A DNA stretch of 64,000 nt from Paragordius varius (Eukaryota; Animalia; Nematomorpha): positions 11,904,001 through 11,968,000 of the forward strand of contig OZ176052.1 in NCBI GenBank assembly GCA_964247055.1, in the 5' to 3' direction. Shown one piece after another: positions 51,884 to 64,000 of the stretch. Position numbers and translations under genes: made by a program. Numbering within the stretch: the stretch's first letter is position 1; every line of letters starts with the position of its first letter. The notes below the pieces were generated by a model. The model saw only the letters and a program-made list of their open reading frames with translations. It searched no databases and had not been told where the DNA came from.

Positions 51884-52154
51884 CAGGGGTTTCTAACACC
51901 CGGCCCTCTGAGCCCTTATTTGCGGCCCGCGAAATATTTGGATCCATAATTTTCAAAAAATGATGAAAAATATTAGTGAAATGGATATTTCTTTAACAAA
52001 TTGTGTAAATAATACCATCCAGTTGAGGACGAACTAGTAAAAAATGTTCAATTATGTTTGCATTTTACAGTATTATGTTTGAATTCAATCAAATATTTGA
52101 TGCCCATATATTCTTCAATACAGCCCGCGAAGCCATTTGCGTTGCACACCCCTA
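51884..52154. mobile_element. hAT (Buster/Charlie-like) MITE
   Basis: CAGGGGTTTCTAAC ... GTTGCACACCCCTA with 8-bp flanks GTAAAGAC and GTATAGAC (7/8 match, central TA). Confidence 0.8.
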
Positions 52155-52699
52155 GTATAGACTATGATATATAATTAGTAGAATATTAGCTCTACGCAAT
52201 ATTCTCGAAACCATGCAAGCCTATTTACATACGCTAAAGGTTATTTTCATATTTATGAATAAGCTGCTTGACTAGTTTTTTTTTAAATTAGTCTTCCGGT
52301 TCAGCCACATTCCGTGTTCAGAAAGGGGTTTTAAAACTATATAAGCCTCCAAAAATCGTATTTACTATAAACGATAAGGGACATTCGAATTCAATGGAAA
52401 AATGTGCTGAACATATCCCATTTTTGAATCAAACCGCTATCCATATAACCCAGTGGTACTCACGAAAAAAATTTGACAGGCCAAATAAAATATATATTTT
52501 TTTTGAGGGCCAGAATCTTATAATGGCAAATATTCCATAGCTATTTGATGAACATATTTATACTATAAATCAGCACAATTAATTTTGTGCGGATCGCATG
52601 TAACCTAAAAACTCGTTTTGCACCATTTAGTTTAAAAAATTAAATATTTTGATAACAACCTTTATTTTGATATTAACCAATAATCTTTGACTAATTTGG

Positions 52700-53910
52700 T
52701 TTCGCCTCATGACAGACCAATCTTAATACGTCGTCCATATGATTATCGGTTAAGCGATTTCTGTATCTATTCTTGAGATACCTTATTTTTAAATATGCTG
52801 TCCACGGGTAACTTGAGAAAAAACAGTTAGGATAACTTGAGCACATTTTTTATATTTTCATATTTATTTGGCACATCTTGCCAAAACCATGCATATCTTT
52901 CTTCTCTTTGATTCTCCTTATATATAGCCTCCGAATCGGAATCCTTTTTAAAATCTACGAATTCTTCAATGATATGCGCCTGATCAAAACCGAGATGCTC
53001 AAGTTGCTTAATATATATCCACACTGGATTTTCCACGATTTTTAAGCAATTTTTAATATTTCTTTGTTCTTCAAATCTGAATTTCATTTCATTAGATAAA
53101 AATGCTAAATGATTGTCTATTTTAAATGTTGGAAAATATAGGAGTGTTTTATTTATAAATTCTTGTTTATATATTGTTAATTATTGGGTTATTATTTTAT
53201 TCCCTTGAAAACTTTTATTAAGGCTAAGTCTATAAGTAAATGTCGCAAAGGTAGGCAATAAAACCCACCATTGATCACTATTAATTTCCTCGTCAAACTT
53301 TCTGTTATCTTTTATAAATAATACAATCTCATGTCTTAAAACAAAAAATCTATTTAATACTTTGCTAAGGCTTAGCCATCTCACAGCGGTGTACAAAAGA
53401 ATATTATCAAACTCACTGTGGATATCTTTCAAAAGGTTTAGAATTTACGGCTGTTAAATTCTCTCGGATGTGGTTAACTATATCCACAACCGTGTTAATT
53501 ACTGAATTGAGTGATTCATCTTTTACACGAGAAACCAAATTTTGCTGTTGAGTAAATATTTTTCAAATTATATTTGTTTTTCAAAAGAGGGATAAATCCT
53601 TCGTTTCATAGAGGGACAACCATCTGTGCAGATCGAAACCAATTTTTTACATAGATATACCATTATTATCGAAAAAAGTGCTACCACTTATTAAACATTC
53701 TTTTATTAGTTGGGAATCAGTTAACGGTTTCATATTTTTTCTTAAAATATAACAAATTTCATACGAAGCTAATGTTACAGCTTTTCCTGATAGAAGGCTA
53801 TAAAAATAATAGATTTTCTTTCTGGTATAATTCCTTAATTTTTTATTTATTTCATTTCTTTCCTCATGATTTAATTTTATGAGAATGATGGATTGTAAAA
53901 TGTCTTTCAA
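52700..53910 (-). pseudogene. Fragmented hAT transposase (GTF2IRD2/SPIN/Buster-like)
   Basis: ASYEICYILRKNMKPLTDSQLIKEC; ICTDGCPSM; LLYTAVRWLSLSKVLNRFFVLR; C-terminal YLKNRYRNRLTDNHMDDVLRL. Multiple stops and deletions. Confidence 0.85.
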
Positions 53911-53949
53911 TATTGTATTTTTTTATTGTTGTCCTTGCATATAAGGCAG

Positions 53950-54510
53950 GTATCAACATTTTTAAAAACGACAAAGAAATGGGATCAAGATTATTTTTTA
54001 AATAAGTAATGATAAATATACTTGTTGATATGCAACTCCACCGTGGCTTTGCAAAAAAACAAATCCAAAGACATTACCCTTCACATGAATTATCAGACAT
54101 ACAATTCTGATATTCGCAAATCAAAAATATCAGAAATAATAACAACAACAAATCTTTACAGGACGGCAAGAAGCTTCCATAAAAGCTGAAGCTCTGTTTG
54201 TAAATTATCAAAATATAAGAAATATTATGTAACCAATAAAAAGCTTATATCAATCTAGTAACAGAATTATGCTGAGAGGTCAGGATCTTAAACAGAATCT
54301 TACCAAAGTTTTAATAAAAATTTTAAATCTTAAACGTTTTTTTCGCTTAAAATTAATGAGTTTACCGATTACATAGGAATTTGCGCAATTATGCCTTTTT
54401 ATTCGCATAATCTTCCATGACATGTCAGCTACAGAACAGTTATTGACTGTCATCAGTTTGCAGGAACCCACCTGAGGTCAAAATGTATTCAATTCTTTTA
54501 ACAAATATAG
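53950..54510 (+). pseudogene. Second hAT transposase remnant (N-terminal part), opposite strand
   Basis: KWDQDYF...LICNSTVAL (BED-finger-like) and AQLCLFIRIIFHDMSATEQLLTVISLQEPT*GQNVF, matching the post-DESTD region of this family. Confidence 0.65.
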
Positions 54511-54785
54511 TGAAGTTTCAAAATTACTGATTAATTTTATCTATAAAACTAACTACTCAATAATAATTATTTTTCGTATTATTATTTGACATGTCACCCC
54601 CCGTAAACATTCGCATCATTTATATTGATGTAATAAATAAATCTTTTTATACCTAATATTCATACTTGCTTACACAATATATTTTCCCAAAAAGTAGATC
54701 GCGGGAAAATAAGGTTGGTCACCCCTCTCTTATAAGCAGATACTCTCATCTGATTAACTAATTTAGTGTAAGTAACATCTGTCAA

Positions 54786-57700
54786 ATGGATCAACCCACT
54801 GGTATTCTTTTTCAATTTATGCTAGATCTTGAACTTAAAAATATAATTGATAAATTGGCAAATTTTGTTGCAAGAAACGGACCACAATTTGAAGAAATGA
54901 CCAAATCTAAACAGTTACATAATCCAAAGTTCAGTTTTCTATACGGTGGTCCTTACAATTCATATTATCGGTATAAAGTTCACGAGGAGATACAAAGTTA
55001 TTTTAATTTTTAATGTTAGATATGTCAAAAATGAATACCAACCAATATCAGTTTTCTAATACACAAAATTTACCGATACCATCAAATACTTATGATGGTA
55101 ATCGTGATTATTTAAATGATCAACTTGAAAAACTTAATGCAGAACAACAAGTATTTAAATTTGTAATTTACAGAATCGTATAATGGAAGGGATTCTTAAA
55201 GAATATGATAGGGAAATAATTAATTTACTTCAAGTCTGTCAACTGGATTCCGTTGAAATAGATAAGATTATCCAACCTATAATTGAAACTTGTACCAAAG
55301 ATTCCATATTAGTTAATCAAAGTTATATAATATAGAATGGAAAAACATGGGTTTTACAGCACTTATCTCCCCCATTTTCTAAACTATTTTCAGTGTATTT
55401 ACTGAAAAAGTGAGCAAATTTAAAAAATATATATTTGTTTTAATAAAAAATAGTTTAATTACTATAATAATTAATAAATATTTATTTTATATTGTAGGGT
55501 ACTGTCTGAATCCTTATTTGATTCTCGCCTTCACATTATTTATCTGATAAATGATCTGATGCACCATTGGTATGATATATTTTATATAACATATTTATAC
55601 AAAATATATATAAGCCTTTTGGTTTTTACCATATTGTGATTTAACACTTGGATGCAACACATTGATTTTAGTCCTTCGATTTAAATTGGGGTAGTTAAAT
55701 ACCCCAGGCCTCTTTAAAATCAAATACTTTAAAAAATATGGAAGGAATCGAAACCACGGCAAAATTTTGCACTTATATAACATTAATAAACCTAAATATA
55801 CTAAAAACTTATTCAAAAATATTTGATTTTACATATTTAAAGCTAAAACCGAAAGGTAAAATTTCGTCAACGTGACATGTGTCAAATAGTAAAATTAGAA
55901 AATAATACAAAATAAACCGCTTTTTCCATTTCTATCAATGTTAGATGTAATTTATATTAAAAATTAGCTTTAGTTTTACCCTTAAAATTAAATAAAGACG
56001 ATATTTTGCAAAAATTTTGCAAAATAAAAATGGCGTCGAAGTAGTTTGAGATGGAACTTTTTTTTCAAAACAAAATTTTATCAAGATATTTTGGCATATT
56101 TATATAATTTTTATCAGGATAGAAGCATAAATTTAAATCGGGACCGTTTCCTTCAGTAGTTTTTTAAAAATCCTAACTTAAATTTAGTCTGGGGTATTTA
56201 GATACCCCAATTTGAATCGAAGTGTTAAAGCGTTTGTAAATTGTATTTTGTTTTTCCAAAAATGAACACTTTAGTAAATTTCAAAAATTTATTTGATTAC
56301 GGCTCTTTTTTACTGTTCAGCGGTGTACCTATATAAATTATTAAAAACGGTTTTAAAATGGTTACAACTATCTGTTTTTCAAATTCTCAATTTCCCAATG
56401 CAAATCGCCTTTTAAATAATAATTAAAATAAACCAATTATTTATTGTTGTGATGAAACTAAAAATAATATTTATAATATAGCTGAAATCAATTCGAATAA
56501 AATATTTGTGAGTATTTATATATTGTAATTTTGATGGAGGTACCAAAATATGTATAAGGATGATATGCAACGTAAATATATAAATTTCAATTACACATTT
56601 TTATTAATTCATTGCTTTTTCAGTTTTGTCTGTTAACAATGATATCTCAAAAATGAACTTAAATATAAAAAATTGTTTTGGGATTCAACATTTACAACGG
56701 GCATACATTAATGAGTTTGACTTTCTTATGCAAAAAGATTTACCTAATTTTATTACACAAATTAAATTATTCCTTTTTGATATGAGTAAACATAAAAATT
56801 TACATTTTATGTTTACATTTGCAATAGTTTTAAAATTCTAAACTAAATATAATTATTTTTCTGTTAATTTAGCTCTCGACGAAACGTTCAAGAATTAAAG
56901 GGTGCTCTGACAAACGTTATTAAACCAATTTATTCGCACACTTTTGTTAATGCTCAAAATCAAGAACAAAAAGACAAATTAGAAAAACTGTTAAATTTAT
57001 GGGAAAACAACAATTATTTTGATTCTACAACCATTGCAGTAAATTTATTATTTTTTACTTTATATTTTTTTAAAAAAAGGTGGTAAGTTCGCTATTTTAC
57101 ACAATATCTTTGTAAAGAGTTAAGTTATTTTACTCATACAAGCTTATATTCCGCCATATTAATAAAATTTGATATGATATTCATCTAAGTAATTAATATT
57201 CAAAAACTAGCAAATTATGTTAAATGTCATATGATTAAAATTTATATGCGGAAAACAGTGTTACTTAATTTTCTATGAAATTTCCATAATTACTTTCATT
57301 ATTAGCAATTAAGAGACCCCTATCAAGTCCTCAATAATTATCAGAATGATTTAAAGTACCAATATGAGAACATTGTAAATCCCATCATATCTGAGTTTGA
57401 TGAACGCTACAATACCCTTAAACGTGAATACGATTACAATGAATCGACAAAAACGCCTTACCATAACAGCACTGTTAATGCTATGAATAAAGTTTATCCT
57501 TCGGCACAACCCCCACTTTTGCCCGGTAAGTTAGAAACAAACTTTTTATCTTTTCCCTAATAATTTTTATTTTTGGGCAAGGGATTCTTAAAACTTAGAT
57601 TTAAAAGTTTAGCTATCTTTTCAAGTTGGTTTAAGGTTTGAGGTTTGATATTTATGTTATAAAACCAGACTTTTACGCATAAAGTTTAAGCCAATTTTGT

Positions 57701-60023
57701 GCTAAGAATAAACTTAATATGGAATAAGCCGCTTTAAATGTTAAAGTTTGGTAATATACGGTGGTCCAGTGATTATATTATTATTATTATTTAAATACAA
57801 ATATGCACAAATAAAGTAATTTGCTTGATAATAATTGTTTTTATACATTAAATATAAATTTAATGATGTATATATAGATCCATCATTATCCATAAATAAT
57901 ACGCGTACACCATTAATGGGCGTAGGTCCGATCGGGTCTCAGGCCCAATCTCTCAATGCTAGTAATACTCAAATTCAACAAAATGGTCAGATGGGCCCAG
58001 ACTCAAACAATTTAGCTACCATGTTTGCCAATTTCATGACGGCAAACGCCTCAAATAATATGAATGCTGCTCCACCTTTCCCCCCTCCTTTTATGTCCCA
58101 ATCTACTGGTAACGTATTGATTGCACTTAAATATAACATATATGTATATATGTTCAAAATATTTTTGGTATCCGAAAAAAAAATCTTAACATACGAGAAC
58201 AAATTTATTTATTTCTATATATTTTTTTCATTTGTTTTATAGATAATATCACAGTAAAATTAAAATTTAAGACATACTTAAAACACAATATTTGTTATAA
58301 ATAGATAATTATATTTACAGCTTTCATTTTTCAACGCAAAACGATGATATATATTTAAAATATAGGTTTAATATACATGATTGTCTTTTCGAAATAATAT
58401 ATGTCTCTTAGTTTTTACATTATTTTGTCTATATATGGTAAAGATTTATTTTTAATAACCTTTATATCTTAACCTGCCCCCAAAAAAAGTTGAATAAAAT
58501 TTTATTTCAATATAGATGATCGATTAAAAAACCCAAATATGATGGGTAACCGAGACGCCAACAATAATGAAATGTTCAATTCATTTTTGCAAGCCTTCAA
58601 ACAAAACGAACAGAATAATCAACAACCATTGGGGGCTGGTTTTCGATTACCAGGAGCTTTACCTCCTAATTTTGCAGCTATTTTTAATGCTTTTATGTCA
58701 GCAACACCTGCCGCAAACAATAGTAATCTTAAAAATATATTTTTAATTAATTACAATAATTTTAATTTAAAATAGCAGCATCGAAAGCTAATATTTTTAT
58801 TTGTGCTTATAGAAAAATGCTTAATTTTATCTATCGAAACATGCAATAGTAACATTATTTTTTTTCTTTCTAATGTAAGATTCAGTAGTTCCTCTAAGTA
58901 TGACCAATTTTTTTAGATCAAGAGCGCTTAGATACTAATTATCTTACGACTTTTTAGATTTATTTTAAAATTATATAAGTAACCGCATATTATTAGTTTA
59001 TGTATAAGTTTGAGCGGTTGTATCTTAATCATAGTTTTATCTATATATTATCTCATGCTGAGTATCATGTTTTTTTAATTTAATGATAAGTTCCTAGTTA
59101 AAATATATAGATTATTTAAAAACGTGTCTTCTAAAATTACTATTCGTCGTTCCTCATATACAATTTTTTTGAAAATTTTTATTGTTGTTAACCAATTCCA
59201 GCAAACAATTCAAATTTACAACATAAACATAAGTTGCTAATATTTATGTAAAAAAATATAAAAAAAAATCGAGAGAACTATAACTTTGAGTAAATAAAAG
59301 AGTTTACATGGGATCAATCATCAAGAATGACATTCCATATATCACTCATCTTTTGTCCTTCTTCTCGGTTATAGTTGTTTCTATTGAAAATCTATAATGA
59401 TTCTCGTGTAAGTCTTTGATTATTATCGCAAATCGAATAATGCAACTAACATTGTCAAAAGAAATGTTACTGTTTTTATTCCAAAAAAGTTATTTTTTAT
59501 ATTATACCGCTTAGTATATAATTGCACACTTATTAATAATTTGTAAGAAATTATAACGGTTAATACAAAACCAATCATTTTAATATCCTAAAAGTATATG
59601 ACAATCTGATTTAGCTCCTCTTAGTCTCCAGGTATCTCAAAACGCTTAAATTATGACTACTTGACAATGCTGCTCATTTTTTTAATAAGAGTTCGAATGC
59701 ATTTTCTTTTAATACGTTGCTCCTTAAATATATTATTTTTTATAAATTTTTTAAACTCGGATATATTAGTGATGAAACCAGCACTAATGAATATGTTTGC
59801 TTCCCTTATGGGATCTATGCCTTTCCTACCACCCAATTTGAATGGTGGAGCAGGAGGAGGGGGTCCTCTATTATCTGCCATGAATGACCCACACAATTCT
59901 GAAATGCCAATAAACACATTTAATCCCAATTCGGATGATGGAAATACTGATTCTGCCAAATCTATCGTACCAGTTTTACCCTATTTCGATCTACCTGCCG
60001 GATTAATTGTCGATTTAGTCAAA
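54786..60023 (+). CDS. CHERP: Calcium homeostasis endoplasmic reticulum protein (SURP + CID splicing factor), 5' part; gene continues beyond the window
   Basis: Exons 54786-54801, 54826-54996, 55020-55150, 55174-55311, 55336-55409, 55498-55569, 56873-57038, 57306-57525, 57878-58108, 58516-58722, 59770-60023. SURP (IIDKLANFVARNGPQFE), CID (IIETCTKDSI-NGKTW...RLHIIYLINDLMHHC...LLNLWENNNYF) and LPYFDLPAGL. All phases are consistent. Confidence 0.92.
55645..56224 (-). mobile_element. piggyBac-like MITE with TTAA TSD inside CHERP intron 6
   Basis: TTAA|CACTTGGATGCAAC ... GAATCGAAGTG|TTAA. Reverse complement of 42054-42630. Confidence 0.9.
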
Positions 60024-60221
60024 GTATACAACAACTTAAAAACACATATTGTGCAATTTTTTTAAAGGAAAGTTTAATAAGTGTAGTCCGGTTCAGGATC
60101 CGCTTGATCGTTAAAATTAAATTAAGTTTTAAATTAATTTCAATTAATATACAGTTATATTTATTGTTGCTCCACATGATTAAATAAGCAATGAAATTTT
60201 TATATTTTTATTTTCTCATTA

Positions 60222-60958
60222 CACTGGACAACAAATTTTTCTGCCACTCGAGTTTTTAGTATTTTCTGATATTTAGTATCATTTTAGCAGTAAATCTGAA
60301 ATAAAAATTATAACTCGTTGGAAGAATTTTGTATAATTTGATTTTTTTGATTATGCCCCCTCTTTATCAAAATTTTACTAAAAAATATTTTTCTTTGAAA
60401 ATATACAAGTAATGCCCATTTGTAATATATCATTCGAAAGAGTAATAAAAACTCTATAAAATGCATACTAATATGTATTACATTGACAGTTAATATTGGA
60501 CACAAAGAGCGACAAACGGGCGAAGCGAGAGCATTTTTTTTAATTAATATATTTTTAAAACTAATGGATGAAAATAGCTCAAACTTTGTTTAGATGGTGA
60601 TGAATGTCCAAAAAAGATAACACAAGAAAGTTTTTTTGATTAAAACATTTTATTATTGCTTTTATGTCACTCAAAACAGCCATTTTTAGGTTTTTTGTTT
60701 TATTAAAATTACCATCTCATCAATATTAATTTATTTTCTTTACAGGGCTGATAATTTCGAAATTTTAAAGATAAAAACAAAGTTTAAGGTATTTTTGATC
60801 TTTTATAGCCATTATGTAATAAATTTACAGTTATAACTATGCATTTTAGTATCCACTAGGTAAAATATTTATGATAATAATAATTTTTATTAAAAAAGCA
60901 AACCAAAAGCTTTTTCAAACATTTTTTTTAAATTAAATACTAATATAACCCTAATAAT
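60222..60958 (+). mobile_element. CAC..GTG/TWA MITE, copy 3, cut by the LINE insertion
   Basis: TTA|CACTGGACAACAAATTTT. Colinear with 282-1017 up to CCCTAATAAT, where the LINE tail begins. Confidence 0.9.
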
Positions 60959-63900
60959 CCATCCATCCATTCATTTTAGGTCCCAGGGTATCTGGGGTTT
61001 CCATGCACCAACTTCCTGAACAATGTCCTATCAAAGACTTGTTCGTGTTCAATATTGAAGTGTGATAGATCTTGGGTCAGCTGTTTGGACCATGTGAGCT
61101 TAGGGCGGCCTTTTCTGTTTGGGCCGGGTATATTTAAATGTTGTATTTTTTGGACCCAGTTATCGGAATTCATACGTTGAATATGTCCGTAATATCGCAA
61201 TCGATTGCGCTGGATGAATAGAGCTATGGGTTCATCTTCTTCTATGGTATTATCAAAATTATTGTTGCAGATTTTGAGCATGTGATTTTCAGCTCTAGTA
61301 AGTCTATTTAGGTCTGTTGCTGTAAGGGCCCAGGTTTCTGTAGCGTATGTCATAGCTGGTCTTATTCCCATTTTGTAAATCTTTATCTTGTGATTCGATT
61401 TGATATTTTTATGAGTTAAAATATATTTTAATTGATTGAATTTGGCCCATCCTTGTCTGATTCTATGAGAAATGGCATCCCTCAAAGAACCATCAGATGC
61501 TATATAATCGCCCAGATATGGAAAAGATGTTACAACTTCTAGTTTATCTCCATTAAAGTTTAAAGTACGTGGATTCGATATTGGCAGTGGTATTGATGAA
61601 GCACATGGTGTGCAGATGAAATTATTATTATTAATTAACTTTCCTTTTATGTTGGAACATTTTTTATGGACCCAATTTCTGCATTTTGTACAACAAAGTG
61701 AGTTTAGTTTTACCTCAGTGGTGCACTCTGGGCATGGGAACTTTATAGTTTTATGTTCATCTCCTGTGATTAGAATTTTAGTTTTGGTTGTATTGATTTT
61801 AAGACCGTATTTATGTAATTGTTTTGACCATATAAGATATTTATTTTCGAGTATTGAAATATCTTCTGCAGTGATTATGAGGTCGTCTGCATAAAGAATT
61901 TCATAAGGCAGACCTTCTCTCATATCTTTTGTTATGTAATCAATTATAGCTATAAAAAGAAGTGGGCTAAGGACAGATCCCTGATGCAGCCCAGTATTTA
62001 TACTAAAATACTCTGAATTCCCAACAGGAGTAAGAACACAACTGATTGAGTTAGTGTAGATTAACATAATTAACTTAATGGTATATTCATCTACGTTGTT
62101 GTAGCGCAGTGATTCTATTATTAGTGCTCTAGGTACTGAGTCGTAAGCCTTTTCTAAATCGACAAAAAGGTGGAATAGTTTACGACCTTTTGCTCGGTAT
62201 TTATCTTGTAATTGTCTGAGTAGGAAAATTGGATCGATTGTGCTTTTGCCCGCTGAAAAGGCGAATTGCATTGGATTAATTGATATGAGCTGGACGATAC
62301 GATTTTTGAGGCACATTTCAAAAATTTTTAACCCATGTTCAAGAAGTTTTAAGGGCCTGTATGAGGAACAGGTTAGGATATCTCCTTTATTTTTGAAAAT
62401 GGGAAATATAATGCTTTTTTCCCAGTCTTTGGGTATTTTCATTTCAACTATTATTTTGTTAAATAAATTTGTTAGAAGCATGGTTATATTGGGTATTAAT
62501 TTAATGATATCAAAACATAGTTCACTAGGGCCCGAAGCCTTGTTTGATTTCATTTGGTCTAAAGCAATCTCAATTTCTTGTATTGTGAATGTATTTAATG
62601 GGCCACAACAGGGATCTCGGTCAGAATTTATTATGGGTGTTAAAGGGTTGTTTAGATTTTGCTCCATATATTTTTGCCATATGGATTTAATTAATTCTGG
62701 TTGTATTTGTAAATTATTATTATTATCTTTTATACATTTAATCGTTGGTATATCTTTTTTGTTATTATTGTAAAGTTTCATATGTTTAAAAATTTTATTA
62801 TTTTGGATTTCCTTTTCCAATTTATCGGCAGTATCTTTAGCCTTTTCATTCATTAATTTATTTATTTCCTTTTGAACCTTTTTGTTGTATTTATAATACT
62901 CAGTTTTGTCGTTTTCTGTTTTCGATTTCTTCCATTTTTTATACAAACGCGCCTTTTCTTTAAGTAATGGCTTAATTGCATCGTCCCACCACCATTTCTT
63001 TTGGGCTTTGCTCTTTCTTCTACCACACCATTTTTCTACATTTTCAATCGTATTGCTTCTTAGACTTTGCCAGGAGTCTTCAACGTCAAGATTATCAATA
63101 TTTAAGTTAAGCGACTTTTTGAAATTATTCATTATATCAGGTTTTTTAAACTTGTGTATATTAAGTTTAGGTTTGGTTCTATGATTGAAAGGCCTTGAGT
63201 TAAATTTGAAAATTGATGTTAAAACTTTATGCTGTGTTTCAGAGTTATAAGTGGTTGTATTTACCAGATATTTTCGAATGTGTTGGCTAGTTAGGATGTA
63301 GTCTATTGTTGTATTATTATTGCCAGAAGTGTATGTAATCAGTTTATTTTTGCTTGTGGTGAATAAAGTGTTTGCTAACTGTAGTCGCTGAGCTGCACAG
63401 AATTCTAAGACATTTTCTCCTTCTTTGTCCCGATTATCAAAGTTGTATCCTCCATGTATACCAGAAAAACCTTCGCTGCTTCCAACATGTGCATTTAAAT
63501 CTCCTCCAATCATTATACAGTCTGTTTCGGGTATATTGGAACATATTTGATAGAGCTGATCCCAAAAATCCAGCTTGCATTTATCGGGCAAGCCTTTTTG
63601 GGGTGCATATACGGAAATAACATTGAGGATCAATTTGTTGTATATCATTCTAGCTTGAATAATTCTATCACTGTGCCGGGTCACGGTAATTAGGTTTTGT
63701 CGGTGTGTTTCTTTCATCATTATAGCGACGCCAGATTGTCCTTTGTTCCCACCTTGGTATAGTAATGAATAACCATCAAAGTGTTTTATACCTGCATTTT
63801 TATATCGAGTTTCTTGTAAACAGCATATGTTTAAATCTAAGTTTCGCACCGTATCTATTACCAGCCATTGCTTATTAACCATTGTTCCAACATTCCAAGA

Positions 63901-64000
63901 GCCAATTTTAAATGGTTCCGATATAGATTTGAAGTTTTTATTTAGATTATTGTATCTTATTTTTATTTTTGGTTGTTCATTTGTACCTGGTTTATTTATT
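60959..64000 (-). mobile_element. RTE-clade LINE with an uninterrupted APE + RT ORF (over 1000 aa), PHD-like insertion and (GGAT)n tail; 5' end beyond the window
   Basis: The frame stays open upstream of the annotated Met to the window edge (…FKIGSWNVGTM). APE motifs LQETR, GGDLNAH, IDYIL. RT motifs FVDLEKAYD, GLHQGSVLSPLLF, YADD. Stop at 60976 is followed by AATGAATGGATGGATGG. Confidence 0.93.

Noticed and set aside
61610-63620. Plus-strand ORFs of 82-177 aa opposite the LINE
   Set aside because: Antisense shadows of the LINE ORF.
1-64000. Assigning a species or phylum
   Set aside because: E78 and TINAG-like genes indicate a non-vertebrate bilaterian, but nothing in the window fixes the lineage without a database search.

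Overview
Very AT-rich genomic DNA from a non-vertebrate animal, gene-sparse and dense in transposons. Six protein-coding loci can be reconstructed by hand: an unidentified multi-exon gene (about 1.95-4.95 kb, +), an intronless E78-type nuclear receptor (17249-20278, -), PEMT (33531-34360, +), a nine-exon TINAG-like/Swim cathepsin-B-fold pseudoprotease (35370-45125, -), a divergent V-ATPase V0 subunit a (46515-50687, -) and the 5' part of CHERP (54786 to beyond 60023, +). The main finding is a class of ultra-short GT-AG introns of 23-26 nt. There are three in PEMT, four in CHERP and one candidate in the unknown gene, and six of the seven in PEMT and CHERP are required to keep conserved reading frames open. 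They sit beside ordinary introns of 67 nt to over 4 kb that are filled with transposons, and no intron between 27 and 66 nt was found. Mobile DNA includes an uninterrupted RTE-type LINE ORF with a PHD-like finger inserted after the RT domain, non-autonomous CAC..GTG/TWA (Chapaev3-like), piggyBac-like, hAT and Tc1-like elements, mariner and hAT fossils, and a dispersed element family carrying 150-160 bp tandem arrays with higher-order structure. All exon boundaries and identities come from manual reading and remembered family motifs; no database search was run.
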